Shown here: piece by piece, positions 39,756 to 53,580 of the stretch
How the letters are laid out: each line of letters opens with the position of its first letter
Position numbering within the stretch: position 1 is the stretch's first letter
Assembly: GCA_964016885.1 (NCBI GenBank)
Contig: CAXHJY010001187.1
Span: 60,077-124,076, forward strand
DNA length: 64,000 nucleotides
Direction: 5' to 3'
Origin: Eledone cirrhosa
Taxonomy: Eukaryota
Position numbers and translations under genes: made by a program
Notes under the pieces: generated by a model
What the model was told of the DNA's origin: nothing
The model's database searches: none
The model's input: only the letters and a program-made list of their open reading frames with translations

Positions 39756-39905
39756 ATGGATTTTGGTCCTCCCAAAACTGCCACTGATCGATATCCATTT
39801 GAGGACCTTGTAATCCGGCAACCACTCAGTATTGCTGATTTACGTCGTTATTTGCGATCAGCAGTGGTGTGGGCTCGACGTCATTCAACTCCTGCACGTA
39901 GCTGA
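39756..39905 (+). CDS. Double-START protein terminal exon 13 (MDFGPPKT...RQPLSIADLRRYL...PARS*)
   Basis: tacag acceptor, 150 nt to TGA, START C-terminal helix. AATAAA candidates at ~40156 and ~40340. Confidence 0.9.
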   Translation: MDFGPPKTATDRYPFEDLVIRQPLSIADLRRYLRSAVVWARRHSTPARS

Positions 39906-41444
39906 ACACTCACTCCGTCACATATGGTGGTTATATAAGGGGTCTATTGTTATCTCCCATCAGTTGCTGATTTAGCAGAGCTGCACTCTGAGCTGAGGCT
40001 TATTGCTTCAAGCATCAACTACATTACTCACATGAGTAACATGGACTCAATATTACTGAAGGAACTTAAAAATTTCGTCCTGAATGCAAGACATTTTGAA
40101 TTATTTTTTTGTTCTTTATAAATTTGTTTTTATAAATATCTTTTTTTATTAATGAAATAAAATGTGTGTGTATTTTTTGTAATGTTTTCTTCTGAAATTC
40201 TTTATCATTTTTATTTTTATAATCACCCAGTACACACCTGTAAAGTGGTTGGGGATAGGAAAGGCACTGAGCCACAGAAAACTTGTCAATCAAAGGATTG
40301 AGAAGAACTCTCGGATATCTTCCATAGCATTGGTGCCACAATAAAATGTACAGACTGTGATGAGATGTCCAACTCTTACTAGCGGGCAAAACAAATGTTA
40401 AACAATGATGATACATCATTGCCATTTTTAAATGCCTTACAATGTATAGTGTAATTCTTTAATATTCTTCTAAACTTCCTTGGACTTAATCTTATATTTT
40501 ATCAATTCAGTAAAGATAAAAAGTAAGTACTAGTCATACTAGTTACTGCAACACCAATCTGTGGCCATTAGGCAGTGTCAGAAAATTAATGAACATAATT
40601 TTTAGTGTGTAATCTATTTTTCTGTCACCCTTGAAATACTAAAAAATATTTTCACCAAATTAAATAGTGAATTGACACACACACACACACACACAATTTA
40701 TAAATGAAGAGCAAATACTCATAGCATTTGTATCTATTAAACTATTGTTATTTATTTATTTATTTTATTTTTATACCGCACTTGATAAAATGTCTTGTAT
40801 TTTGTTATATCACTCTATTCTGAGTTCAAAACTGTATGTGCTAATTCCAATTTGATCAAGGAATCATACTTTTTATATTCTTTTTGTAAATATTTGATCA
40901 TTGGATGAAATGCTTTGCAGTATTTATTCTGGTTCAAATTTTGTGAATGTCAAGGTTGCTTTCTGTCCTTCCAAGGTTGATAAATAAAATACCAGTCTTG
41001 GATGGTGGATTAGTGGAATCATTAGGGCATCAGACAGGATTCTGATTTCAAATCCTGCCATGGCTTACTTTAATTATAGACTTAATCTGTTGCCCAGTTT
41101 AACACCAACTTCTGGCTTTTGGGACCCTTTTGAAATCTCTGTTGCAAGCATTCACATTAGATCTCCAGATAGAAGATATTTTCCTCCTTCCCGTTCACCA
41201 GTCTCAGAAGCACCCCCAAAAGCCCCATGAATCTACAATACAAGGTCCTCAAACTGCCCTTCCCTCCCGACTAAGCAATAAAAAAAAAATTATAAAGTTT
41301 TATCTTGATATGATTTAAAATCTTTATTTGTTTCAAATATAGAAAGAAAGCTAAGATTGAACCATAATGAGTTCAATTATAAATTTTTTTTCTTACTTTT
41401 GTCGGTTCCTCATAACTATAGTTCCTCTTCATTGTGGATGCCGC

Positions 41445-41735
41445 ATCACTGAATGGTTTAGAAGTCTGCTTCACAATTATTAGGTCCTAGGTTTGATACC
41501 ACTGTGTGGTATCTTAGGCAGGTGTCATTTACTGTAGCCTTAGTCCAACCCAAGCCTTATGAGTGAAATTGGGTATGTGGAAACTGAAGCTTGTCAGATA
41601 GACAGTGCCTGTAATTCAAAAGTCCAGCCTTGTTGCACATTATATTGTGCTGGATCTCCCTGAGAATTACATTAAGAGTACATGTCTGTGGAATGCTCAA
41701 CCATTAACATGTTAATTTTACAAGCAAGCTTGTCA
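41445..41735 (+). mobile_element. tRNA-derived SINE, second family
   Basis: A/B-box-like head (ctgaatggtttag...ggtttgatacc) and ggcaggtgtc core. Homologous copies at ~22235-22500, 24270-24420 and 54050-54370. Confidence 0.7.
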
Positions 41736-43019
41736 TTGAAACTGGAGGTGCATTCCTTTCTTGTTTCCATATGCAACCATAACTGTGATGTGTTTGTCAT
41801 CGGCACATTTATTTTGCGTCGTATTTATATTATCTTTCCTCTTTAATAATCTATAGAAGCTTCCAGAGAATTCAAATGGAACACTCATAATTGAAACTGG
41901 CTGAAGTTGATTCCATTTCAGTTCCCTTCTTTGTTTCTAGGCATTATAAGATCTTTTTCACTGTGTATTCATTATAGAGCTTTTCAGTATTTGGTTGGTG
42001 ACTATGCTTTACAGTGTCATCAGTTCATGCACATTAATCTTATTTCATCTTTTCATAAATTCACTGGGTGCAGTTGTCTATCAAATGAGAAAACTTCATA
42101 TTGGTCAAATATTGCCTCATGAAATTTATTACCATAGAGATATTTTTGTTTATATTTGTTTATATTTTGGTTTATATTGTTCTATCGTGTAGGAGTCACG
42201 ACAAAAAGCACCCAGTCCACACTGTAAAGTGGTCATGTAGGAGTCATGACAAAAAGCACCCAGCACACACTGTAAATGTGGTTGGTGTTAGGAAGGGCGT
42301 CTAGCTGTAGAAATCTAGCCAGAAACAATTCTGAATGAGCAGGATACGGTCACCTGACCTAGCCTGCCTCAAATGGGACAACCCGTCTAACCCATGCTAG
42401 CGTGGAAGGTGGACGTTAAACAGCGATGATGATGAATAAATGGAGTCTCTACATGGTTGTTTGATCTCTAAGAAATAAATACCATCCAAATTTCCCTCTG
42501 ACTTTACCCTAACATCTTAAAAATAGAAAGTTATAATAAAGTACTAATCCAGAGTAGTGGATTGATGCTGAGGTATCTGTTCTGGTTCTGAATTCTGAGT
42601 TCAAATCCATCCTTCTGTCACTAGAAATATGGACTGGAGTCTCCTATTATTTAACCCTTTTGAAACTTTTGTTTATCATCATCATTGTTTAACTTTGCTA
42701 GCATGGGAGACGAGTTTGTCCTGTTGTGAGAAATGCCAGGTGAGGTGATCATAATTATCTAAAACCCTCCCATCATAATTTTAAGTTAGAACCTTTCTTA
42801 AGTTAAGTTTGAAACACCAGCATGATTATGAGGATATTAACTGTAAAACTAAATCTAAATTCTAGATTATTTTCCAAATTATAGGCATTGCCTTTCATTA
42901 GAAATATAGTAATGAGAGGGTTAAACAACCAAGAAACCTCATGAGATGCAACTTTATATAAGGCTAGCTAAACTTATGAAGTGTGAACCTTTAGAACATC
43001 AATAATATTATCTTTTTCT

Positions 43020-43445
43020 TATTCGCCCACTTATTCCTGAGGGGGTCGTGGGGGAAGAGTCCTAAAACACTCCTTCCAGCAGGTCCTGTCAGAAGCAACT
43101 GTCTCCAACTGATCTGGCTAGACCCCCAAACGAGACCAGCCAAGCTCATGGATGTTATCCAACGATCTTGCTTAGGGTCTACCCCTGGGTCTCTTGCCGG
43201 TTGGTTTTGCCTGTAAAATCTGTCCAGCGATTCTTTCCAGAGACATTCTAGCCATATGCCCATAGTATCGGAGCTGTAATCTCTCAATTTAGAGAAGTAG
43301 CGACTCTACCTGGAGTGACTATCTGATCTCCAAGTTATGCACTTTATTGAGTAACGTTACTGCAAAGACCCTTTGGAGGAATCCCATTTCGGCCGCTTGT
43401 ATTAGCATTCATATTCTTTCAGTCATTACATAAGATTCATGACAT
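43020..43445 (-). mobile_element. RTE (Expander-like) 3' fragment, distinct family
   Basis: QAAEMGFLQRV...IERLQLRYYGHMARM...GKRPRGRP read on the minus strand. Confidence 0.75.
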
Positions 43446-43900
43446 TAAGATTTGAAATAACTATCTTGTTATAAGTTGTTGCAACACCTATCAGTTTGGT
43501 AAAGAGTCTGTGTTAATAGTTCTTGCTTAATTTCCCTTGGATACTTAGCTGGAATTGAGCTTTGTATCCAGGCTACAACAATTTTTTTTTCAACAGTCAA
43601 GTAAAAGGCTAGTGGTACTAATCCCAACCCATTTAATCTTTAATCTTTCTAATCCTACATAACCAAAGATTTATTTTAAGACATGATTTTTAATCCACAT
43701 TTCTCTTGTTTAAATCTATCCATCAGTTTCTCTCCTGTCACTGTTTGCTAAAATACTTGCACCGTTGTAGGTATGGGGCCTACATATAAACAAATTAAAA
43801 TGTTAGGTCTATGTAGACATTAAAAAAGTTTCAATCTAACTTTATTTGACACAAGGATTTATGAATTACCATCAACACTCGGCAATAATTTTATATTTTA

Positions 43901-45178
43901 TAAGGGTGGGCTGAAAAGTTCATAGGCTGACTATGAAGGAGTGAAGCTAGAGCTGTAAAATCGTGCATACATTGATTTTAACTCTTCTTATTAACATTGT
44001 TTCTTTCTGGGTAAACTGACACCTGATTATTTAAAGAGGACTTCAGAAGTAACTAGTAGCGACTTCGCTTGAAAATAAACAATATTTGGCACTGTGGTGT
44101 TATCCAGTACCTGCAGAAAAAGGCTTTAGCCCCCAAGATCATTCATGCTGACATGGTTGCTACATTAGATGATGATGCTCCAGCTTTATCAACAGTGCAA
44201 AAGTGGGCAACTAAAGGAGGGGAAGGAAGAGTTTTGAAGATGACCTAAGGTCTGGACGTCCTGCAACTGCCACCAACGAGGAGAACAATGATCACATTCA
44301 CCACATGGGGATGGATGACAGGAAATTGACTATAAATCAAATAGCCAATGTTATTAGAATATCTCGTGAGAGAGTTGAAAATATTATACACAGTGCCCAT
44401 GGCGTGATGAATGTTACTGTTTGTTGGGTGCCATGTTTTCTGATATCTTATCAAAAGTGCACCAAGCTGATCACATCGCGGGAAAATTTGACATTGTTTG
44501 AGGCAGATCCAGCTGGTTTGTTTAATGTTTCCTAACCCAGGTTGAGTGTTGGGCTCATCACTTTGAGCCAGAGATAAGGAGACAATGCATGCAATAGAAA
44601 CATCTCACCTGCTCCAAAAAAGGCCAAGGTCGTTTCATCTGCAGGGAAGGTGGTGGCCTCAGTTTTTCGGGATGCAAAAGGTATTGTGTTTATTGACTAT
44701 CTTCAAAAGGGCCACACCATCAGTGGAGAGTACTATGCCAACTTGCTGAGGCAATTACAAAGGCTATCAAGACCAAATGCTCAGGAAAACTGGCGAAAGG
44801 GGTCTTGTTTCATCAGGACAGTGCTCAAACACACATGTCCTTGGTTTCAATGGCTGCTATGCGAGACTGTGCCTTTGAACTGGTTGATCACCCTCCCTAT
44901 TCTCCTGATTTGGCCCCATCTGACTATCATCTGTTCCCCAATATGAAAAAATATGACGGAACCAGTATCGCAGTGATGATAACATCATATCTTCTGTTCA
45001 TGACTTTTTGATCAACAGGATGAAAGCTTCTTCACCAATGGGATCTAAGCACTTCAACACTGAAGGGAGAAGTGTGTGGACTGCAAGAGTTATATATATA
45101 TTGTAAAAAATAAATCTCATTTGGTCACATTCCATGAGAGTATCTTGATCAGCCTATGAACTTTTCAGCTAACTTTCG
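43901..45178 (+). mobile_element. Full-length degenerate mariner element (probably irritans/Himar1-like)
   Basis: TA on both flanks and TIR core GCTGAAAAGTTCATAGGCTGA at both ends, ~1.28 kb. WVP, DAKGIVFIDYL and HPPYSPDLAPSDY motifs. Frameshifted. Confidence 0.93.
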
Positions 45179-45399
45179 TAGTACTGAAGAATAAGCCAAT
45201 AGTCACAACTCTATATCCTACCTCTCAATATTCACCTACAGGAAACGTTAAGTATGGATGCTGGATTTTGTTTAAAGTAAAATTATTTCTTCTATGTCTC
45301 TTATGATATCTTCCTCTCTAAATTAGTGATCCCATGCTGAAATAAGAAATTGGTTATCCATTTAGCACTTTTAATAATTGGCTGTTAATATTCTGCCAG

Positions 45400-45925
45400 G
45401 TGAATCAGCTTTGGTACTAAATAACTTTCCTACACTCATTCAGTCAAACCAAAAAACTATTTTTGATGAATGTCTAAATATGTGAGGATCCTATGTTGTG
45501 ATGGTAGCATCATCCATAAATGCTTCTATCTTGGTCTGCTGATCATCAGACATGGATTGTAGGCCTCTGCATTTCATATTGACTCTCTTGGCCACTATGT
45601 TCACGGTAAGAACAAAAAGAATAACAGGGAGAATACAACCTGTTATTCCTGTTCCATACTGATCCCAGTTCAATATTTCTAACCCAGAGATGATACTCAG
45701 TTTAAACTTATTGTTGTAATTCAGGATAAGGTCCTTTATTTTACTGGGAACACAGTAGTAGTGCAATGTAAGCTCAACCAGTTGGCTTAGTATGGACCCA
45801 TATGGAGTGGCCAAATTCAACCACAGAATACTTAAGTTGTTTGTAATCATGACCTTCTCTGATAGGCTATGTGGCTACATCAGTATGCTTCAAACAACTT
45901 GGAACTCCACGAATCCCATCCTTAG
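45400..45925 (-). mobile_element. RLE-type (Hero/NeSL-like) non-LTR RT remnant
   Basis: LWLNLATPYGSI, GITGCILPVILF and AFMDD motifs. Confidence 0.65.
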
Positions 45926-46199
45926 TTGATATAACTGTTTTTGAGGAGAAACTCAGCCAGTCTTTGGTGGTAGTAGGGGAACATTGGGCAGTGGTTGTAA
46001 AGTAGGAAGGGGACGCCACTGGAACCGAGTTTGAGAGTGCTGCTTTGATTATTGCCCCTGCCTCCTTTAGACTTTGTTCTCAGATTATTCACTGTTGTTG
46101 GGAGTGGTGGTGGCAGAGCTAACAGGAGCTTTGTTGGGTTCAAGCTCCTATTCTCACATCAGATCACTTTGGATGTCATGGAGGAAATGATTTACTTTT

Positions 46200-46645
46200 T
46201 TGGTTGAACACACGAGATGGACATTGTGCTTATCCCTAAGTAATCATTCAGTGAAACAGGATAATGGCAACAAATATAGCTCAACTCATGGATCTCTTTC
46301 ATTCCCCTTTCCAGTGCAATTCCACTCTGTAAATGGTCATACACCTCCTGAGTTCATATATCCTAATAGGAGACTTCAATGCACATGTTGGCACTGACCA
46401 CCTCACATGGAAAGGAATGATTGGAAGGAACGGCGACCCTGATCTAAATACAAATGGAGAAGCCTTATTAGACTTCTATCCTAGCAATGGACACTTTATT
46501 ATGAACACCTTCTTCCAGCACATACATAAATATGCATGGTATAAGGGGAATCAGTAATTGATTGTGTTATTGTCTCTGATTTCTTTGATTCTTTCCTGAA
46601 TGTTCGTGTTAAGAGAGGAGCTGAGCTGTCAACTGATCACCAAGA
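46200..46645 (+). mobile_element. RTE APE endonuclease remnant
   Basis: LIGDFNAHVG...WKGMIGRNG...NG..LLDF...NTFFQH...RGAELSTDH. Confidence 0.8.
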
Positions 46646-48559
46646 CCCATCTAATTTATTTACACAGCCACAAAATATATTGATGGAGTTGGAAAGGTGT
46701 GTTTTTCCCATACCCCTCTCCAGGATATTAATAATCCAAGTGAAATGATTCTAATTTGTAATCAAAATCTGGTCATAGACTGTTGACCGAGATATTATTT
46801 CTACATCAGAGAGTACACACATACACACACGTAAACATACACACACATGCCCTCACGTTGCTTTTAAAAATAAAAACATGCAGTCATTAACACCATCATG
46901 TACATTATGTACAAGACAACTACAAATTCTCGTGCTTCTCCTCATTTATTAGATCAATATTGATCCCTTGGGAGGGATTTACGTAGCTACATTATAACTT
47001 TTAAACCTCTACTTATCTATGATTTTAACATTCTTGTATATGTGATGTAATCCTCTTTTTTAATAGGATTAGGGATTTATTTATCGGGTGTAAACTGGCA
47101 ATCTTTAAAATTACACATCTGTCATCTATTTCTAAATTTACAGAATTCAAATAACTGCTAAATCTTACCTAGAAACGATTTACTTACTGCCAAAAGTTTT
47201 TGCAGACTACATACTTGTGTTCAGAATCCATTATTGTGTTCTTAACAAACAAGGTAATTAACTCTTCCTAGATCATTCATATTTCTTTTCTTTCTGCAGT
47301 TGCTTCTACTTATAAATCAATGATAGTCAAGTTAGGAAACACACCATACTGCAATAAGAAAAAAATATCTACTCTCGGGTCCCAAATAATAGCGGGTGGG
47401 GGTGGGGGGTGGGGGGGGGGGGTGTATTGGAATAAGTGGGACTTGGACATTTGCTTCAGTTCTTGGGAGGGGGATCGGTAATTGTATAGTGTACGTTCGT
47501 AAATATAGGGATTTTTTGTAATGTTCTTTTTTGTCGTATATTCAAGTCCTGAGAGTAATTAAATTATCAATACTTATGTGGCGATCAGAACCCCCCCCCC
47601 CCCCAACTTAATGAGTAATACTAAATATGATTTAGTAAGTACGGGATACAACTCTGGACATGATTTAGTCGTATTATATCTAGTCGTATTTGTCAGTTAA
47701 GCGATAAGTATAATCACAATGATGCGGATGAGTAGATGTCAAGTATTAATCAATGACCAAGGGAATTTACCTGGGACAACATCTGCACAAAAAATAATGG
47801 TTAAGTTAGTGAGACCATTCTTAATATAGTGAGGGACAAGGTTCTATATAAGATCATGTACTTGCTAGGTAACTAGTTAAGAATTGGTGGGGGAGGGGAA
47901 GATAACAGACCTGTCAATTCTCTTCTTCCGACGGGGGAGATCTCCCACCCACTTTGGGGTAGGTGAAAGATGTCTTCTCTTTTGAAAATGGGTATAGCTT
48001 TCATTATGTAAAATCTCATTTTGCTTCATTTCTCCGCGTTTTGGGGCACTTTTCTTCATGGTACTCTCCGTTTAGGTTTTTAGGATCTGAGATAAGGATG
48101 CAGAATTAAGCGTCAGCTAACAAAGCAGATGGTTCCACTTTTTTTTGGAAAGTTATGGTTTACTTGGGTGATGGTAGTGTTAAACCACTACCCGGTCTAA
48201 CACTACCAACATCATACCATTGGTACTGTTAGCTTAGATCGCCATCACCATTACATTTCGGAAAAAAGGGGGTGATAACCCAGAAATTTCGTGAAATATA
48301 AAGTAAAAGTGTAAACTATTGTTTTGCTTTTCTTTACTCTTGTTTTCACTCCTTTATTTCTATCTTGCCTTATCCCAAACACTTTTAACAACATATTTTA
48401 TAATGCTTCACATACATACACATATCTATCTATCCCCCCCTCCCATCTATATATATGCACGCACGCGCGGAAAGAAAAAGAAAAGGTAAAAAAAGCGTGC
48501 AGTCATGAAACGTAGCATAATCTGCTATTGCTTGTTATTTGTCCGTGAAACAAAAGAAC

Positions 48560-49085
48560 CAAACTCCCACTGTCACTACCTCCATCTCTCCCGCTCTTCC
48601 CCATCTCTCATTATTATGAGCAAATGAAGGATTGGCAGTATCGGTAGAGGATCGGACGTCATGCTTTGTAGCATAGAGTTACGCCCCTTTATGGTCTGAG
48701 TTCAAATCCGGCCAAGGTTAACTTTGCCTTTCATCCTTAAAGGGTCGATAAAATAAAGTACCAGTAATGCACTGGGCTAATTGCTGGCCTTGTGCCAAAA
48801 GTAGAAACACTTATTATGAGCAAATGGGGGCCCAGGTGGACAGAATAGAGAAGGCGTTTCCTCGGAGGATGGTGATAGAGACGCGCTGGAAAAGCCATTC
48901 CATATCACGAGTCTCACACCAGAGAGTAGCCAACTCTGTGCCAATGGTGGTGAGCAGGAAGGTGGCCAAGGACACCAGAAGTCTCCACTGTCACGGGCTC
49001 AACAGCAAACCTGTCGGAGAGCAACTGATATTTGGAGAGTCTACCTTCCTCGGCCCGATGGCCAGTGACACCCGCTGTAACAGCC
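48560..49085 (-). mobile_element. Second CRE-type 3' fragment, interrupted by a SINE
   Basis: 48830-49075 is the reverse-complement homolog of ~5915-6190. Confidence 0.8.
48627..48810 (+). mobile_element. Complete tRNA-derived SINE with a 16-bp target-site duplication
   Basis: TSD ttattatgagcaaatg at 48611-48626 and 48811-48826. A-box-like TGGCAGTATCGG, B-box GAGTTCAAATCC. Confidence 0.9.
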
Positions 49086-49580
49086 ACCCAACCTCGCGGG
49101 GCTTGTATTTAGTAACCAATTTGCCGTATTTGTCGGCATATTAAAACCGTCTCCCTCTAAAACGATGACTTAAAAAGTATCACTCGGGTCTTATTTGGGA
49201 ATTTGAAGTATCTGGTGGTTAAAGTTTCATTCTAAATATTCCTTGCTGAAATGTCCGTTTTTTTATATGCCATCAAATATGGTATAAATTAATCAATCAT
49301 TTCATGGTTTGCCGTTTATTGTTAATCGTTAAACATTTTTCAATTGAACTTTGATAAAAAACAAAAGAAGTGTGTTTAGTATCTCAACACTGAAGCAACT
49401 CTGTATCTTTGGGCGTTACTACTTCTCATGTGAATGATATAACACATAACCTATTTATGCAAGGATTACTTTCGTTTTTTAATTATTTTTTTCATGTATT
49501 CTCAATGCGGATATATTTCACTGCATCGCCTAGATCAGCTTTGTGAGCTTCAGGTGTGTAATGTGTATATCTCTGTATAT

Positions 49581-49650
<70 letters not shown>

Positions 49651-49943
49651 CATATACAGATCAGAGCAAACATCACGGACGCTCTATCTCAAAATTATTT
49701 TTGAAAAGCATTAGAAATGCGCAACCGGTAAAACTTAAAACCAAAACTGAATACTAACCAATACTATTACTAATTCTCACTTATTCCTAATTAAACTATT
49801 TTTCACTGTGAACAATTTGTCAGCATTTTCTTTTCCGTTTACCAATATATCATAACTTGTGTGTTACACCTCTATTCTTTTATATATATATATATATATA
49901 GAGAGAGAGATGTCTATTCATGTTGACATATCTCTCTCTCTCT

Positions 49944-49993
<50 letters not shown>

Positions 49994-50093
49994 AGAGAGA
50001 GAGATGTCAACATGAATAGACCTATTATTTTTATCTAAAAACTTTTTCCAATTACATCCCGCCCGACCCCTTAATCTATTTTATTTCTCATTC

Positions 50094-50133
50094 TTTCTTC
50101 TGATGAAGGACTAGCGTCCGAAAGGTTAAGAAA
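50094..50133 (+). ncRNA. Minimal hammerhead ribozyme motif (PLE pseudo-LTR type), stem III probably mutated
   Basis: TTTCTT-CTGATGA-A-GGAC-TAGC-GTCC-GAAA-GGTT-AAGAAA. Confidence 0.7.
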
Positions 50134-50209
50134 CTCTTCCTGCTATATCAAGCGTTAACCTAATATATACTTTCCATATACTGTACCGATTGTGTTATTT
50201 CTGTTTACC

Positions 50210-50303
<94 letters not shown>

Positions 50304-51039
50304 GGTGTGGGATGCTTAAAGCGTCTGTATGCGGTAGGCCGTTTGAGCACTCTATGCTTTTACAGAACAGAGTATAATATCACATAAGAAACAGAGAATC
50401 AGTGGTGCGACGAAGTAGAATTTATTAGACACATTACAATCGTTTTTCTGGCGACCAGCTCGAGGCACGATCGATGCGATGATCGAACCTGACTCTGAAA
50501 TCGCAAGTTCTTCAGATACGCCTCAATCCCTCAAAGCAGAGTTTCCAAATGCCCTGTTTATCCCGCCGGCCTTCACTCGCCAGCTTCCATCCTGTTCTTG
50601 TCGGTCAATGAGTGGTCAAGAATTGTACATGTCATCGGTATTTCTGACCACTCATGGCCGTCCATTTTTCTCGTTCCATTCACATGTCACATGTCAATCA
50701 AAGTTGGTCCTTTTAGCGGAATTACTGCTGTAGGAGGTAAGGGGTTGTATGATTGAACCGCCTGCGCACTGCCACAGCCGTCTCGACCTGTAGACACCCA
50801 CACACGTATCCATGGTGCGCGCAAGCGCAATACATATGGGCTCGTATACACACACCTGCAACTGTATTATATACGAAAATCACAGTAAATATTAAATGTG
50901 CAGCGAATACTTTGAACATTTAAAAAAAAAAACTTAGAAAACCGTGGAAAAACATGTCTGTACATATACTTGGAGTGATGCCTATATCAGTAAAAATTAT
51001 GCACATACATATATATCTCGTATATACACATATCTCGAA

Positions 51040-52330
51040 ACTGAGACGTGTAGAAAGTTAACAGAAGTGGTATAGACGGCGGATGTCAATTCTATAGCGG
51101 AGTGAAATGGGTTGACTAAATTGATGAAAGAGGTGAGCTGTTTTCAGGTTGCCTCCGATATATTTAGAATGGGTTCGGTGAAATGGGAGAAGATTTTAGT
51201 TTCAACGTAACCAGCAAAAAGGCTAGGAAAGTTGGGGCCCACTCTGGTTCCCACAAGAAACTCAGTGGCTTGTTGATAGACAGGGTAGTTGAGCGTGAGG
51301 AGGAGTTCGGCGAGATAGAGGTACTACGCCTCCGAGTGGTACGGCAGTCGAGAAAGTATTTAATGGCGAGGATGATGTCGTTGTGGGAGATGACAGTGTA
51401 GAGCGACTCGATGTGCATAGCAAAGAGTAGTTTGGAAGTATGGGAGAGAACGAGAAGGAGTTAAATAGATGGAGAATGTGGTTAATATCGTGAATGTAGG
51501 ACGGTTTCCCAACCTGGGCGATATCGCTCACCGGTGGGCAATTTCAACTATCGGGTGGGCGATGAACGAATTTTTAGGAAATGGTGGGCGATTTAAATTT
51601 TTGGTGGGCGACAAAGGATTTTCGGTAATTAAGTATGTTATTGATCATATAATGGCTGGTATGCTGTAATCACAGAACTCGGATTCGCTCTTCCCTAGTG
51701 TGTCTGCACTAGCTGCGTCGCATCAGCCTCAAGGATCACACTGAAAACTAAACATGGTGAGTTTGTTGAACATTTAATACATGTATCATTTTTCAATTTT
51801 GTTTCATTGAGAAACATTTAGAAATCAAAAACTTAATTCTTCTGAATAACGTTTCAACTCCGAATGTCCATTTTTCAATATTTCATCTCAATAAATATTT
51901 CATTTTTTAAGCAACCTGCTTTATTTTTGCGTCCTTAAAATTACTGCACAGGTGGGCGATGGGAATTTTTGTGTGTGGAAAAGTGGGCGATAACGACAAA
52001 AAGGTTGGGAACCCCTGATGTAGGAGGAAAGAACAGCAACTAAGGATGAAATATACTGGTTACTCGGAGATGAGCTCCGTGGTTTAGTTACAAGCAAAAA
52101 AACGATAGGGCGACCGGGATTGTTCGGTTTATGGATTTTAAAGAGGAAGCAGATGGTGAAAGTGACGATGAGTGTTCAGACGATGAGGTTGCTGACTGTA
52201 GAAGTGCGAAAGCAGAAAAATATGAGTTGTTATACAGTGATGGATACGAGTTGTTGGTTGTGAAGGTGAGATCGGAAGGTAATTTGCGGTAGAAATGGGG
52301 GTTAAGGAGTTGCAGAAACACTTTGACTCT
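51040..52330 (-). mobile_element. Degenerate Penelope-like (Neptune-type) RT fragment split by a hAT MITE
   Basis: PSYIHDINH, IESLYTVI and MGTRVGPNF...GYVE motifs across frames. Confidence 0.75.
51502..52017. mobile_element. hAT (Charlie-type) MITE
   Basis: 8-bp TSD ATGTAGGA at 51494-51501 and 52018-52025. TIRs CGGTTTCCCAACCT / AGGTTGGGAACCCCTG. Confidence 0.9.
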
Positions 52331-52779
52331 ATAAATGTCAAAATCACCATATTACCATAGTACTACTTTGATGATAATGTCATCTTGGCGTCAAAGGTGA
52401 TGGGGTGCAGAAAGTTCAACTCAAAAGATATTAAGGCATCTCCAAAACTTTCGGAAATCAAGGCGGTTAATAACATTATGGCACAAGGCAGTGAACAGGT
52501 TCAAAGTGTTGGAACAACCTGGAATTTAAATATATAAGATTTGCGACGGCTATAAAGTAATGAAGCAAGTATGCTCCGTTGGATGTAGAATGATAATGTG
52601 CATAAACAACGGAGCACAAATAATCTGGAAAAAATGGATTTAGGGGAATCAGATGTGGTGTACAAAAGAGGAGACTGCACTGGTATGGATATATGATACA
52701 TGTGAGGATGTCAGTTGTACAAAGAAGTGGACTGAAATGGTTGGAACCTGTGGAAGAGGGAAACTTAGGAAGACATGGC

Positions 52780-53580
52780 AGGTGCTCAGGGTTGTTGTTG
52801 GCAAGATGGTTAATAATTTTGTGGGTGTTTACCAAGTCAGCTGCTAGACGTCGGAGGTTCAATGTATCCATGCCCAGGGAAGCAAGGTGTTCAGAGTATG
52901 GTAGAAGCCCGATGGAAGGTATTCGCTTGGTTGCACGTCTCTGAACAATTTCCAGGAGGTCAATGTTCTGAGCAAGATAGGGGTTCCAGACTGGTGATGC
53001 AAATTCTAAGTGTGGCCACACCATAGCCATATACAGCTTTAAATAGATCGCTGGAGAGCGGCTGACAAAGGTCTTGCTGAGTGATGCCAAGACACCCTCG
53101 GCCTTCTTGACAATTTTAGAGATGGGCTTTGTCCAACGCAAATCGGTGCTGACTAATGCCCAGGTCATGTTCACAAGAAGACTTCTTGATATTAGTGTTG
53201 TGGGGGGAGTATGTGGACGCTGGGATTTTCCTCCCAAAATGCATGGTGGTAGACTTGTCCACAGCCAGCTTCAGTTGCCAGTCCGTAATCCATTGCTGCA
53301 TTATGTCCAGGTCTGATTGCAGGAAATATCTATAGTTTCCAGGATCTTTCCTTTTGATCTCAAGGTACAGCTTGATGTCATATGCATATTTCAGTACTGT
53401 GGCATTCTTTAAGTTGGCATCTATGTTATTAATATATGCAACAAACAAAAGAGAGCCAAGAACAGATCCCTGTGATACACCAGATGGCATCTCATATGGT
53501 GAAGAATGCTGTCCTAGAACCGTGACTACCTCTTTTCGACTGAGAATGAAGGACTTCAACCAGTTAGAAAGATCATCTAA
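52780..53580 (-). mobile_element. CR1 fragment of the 31442-33500 family, abutting a + strand RTE remnant at ~52480-52780
   Basis: High nucleotide similarity to 31780-32580. Confidence 0.92.

Noticed and set aside
48627-48720. tRNA gene suggested by A/B boxes
   Set aside because: It is the head of a multicopy SINE with a TSD and has no cloverleaf.
49505-49560. Hammerhead-like CTGAAGC...GAAATATATC on the minus strand
   Set aside because: The core deviates from CUGANGA and stem I does not pair.
50405-50880. GC-richer segment resembling a solo LTR (minus strand AATAAA...CA end)
   Set aside because: No clear 5' TG, TSD or second copy in the window.
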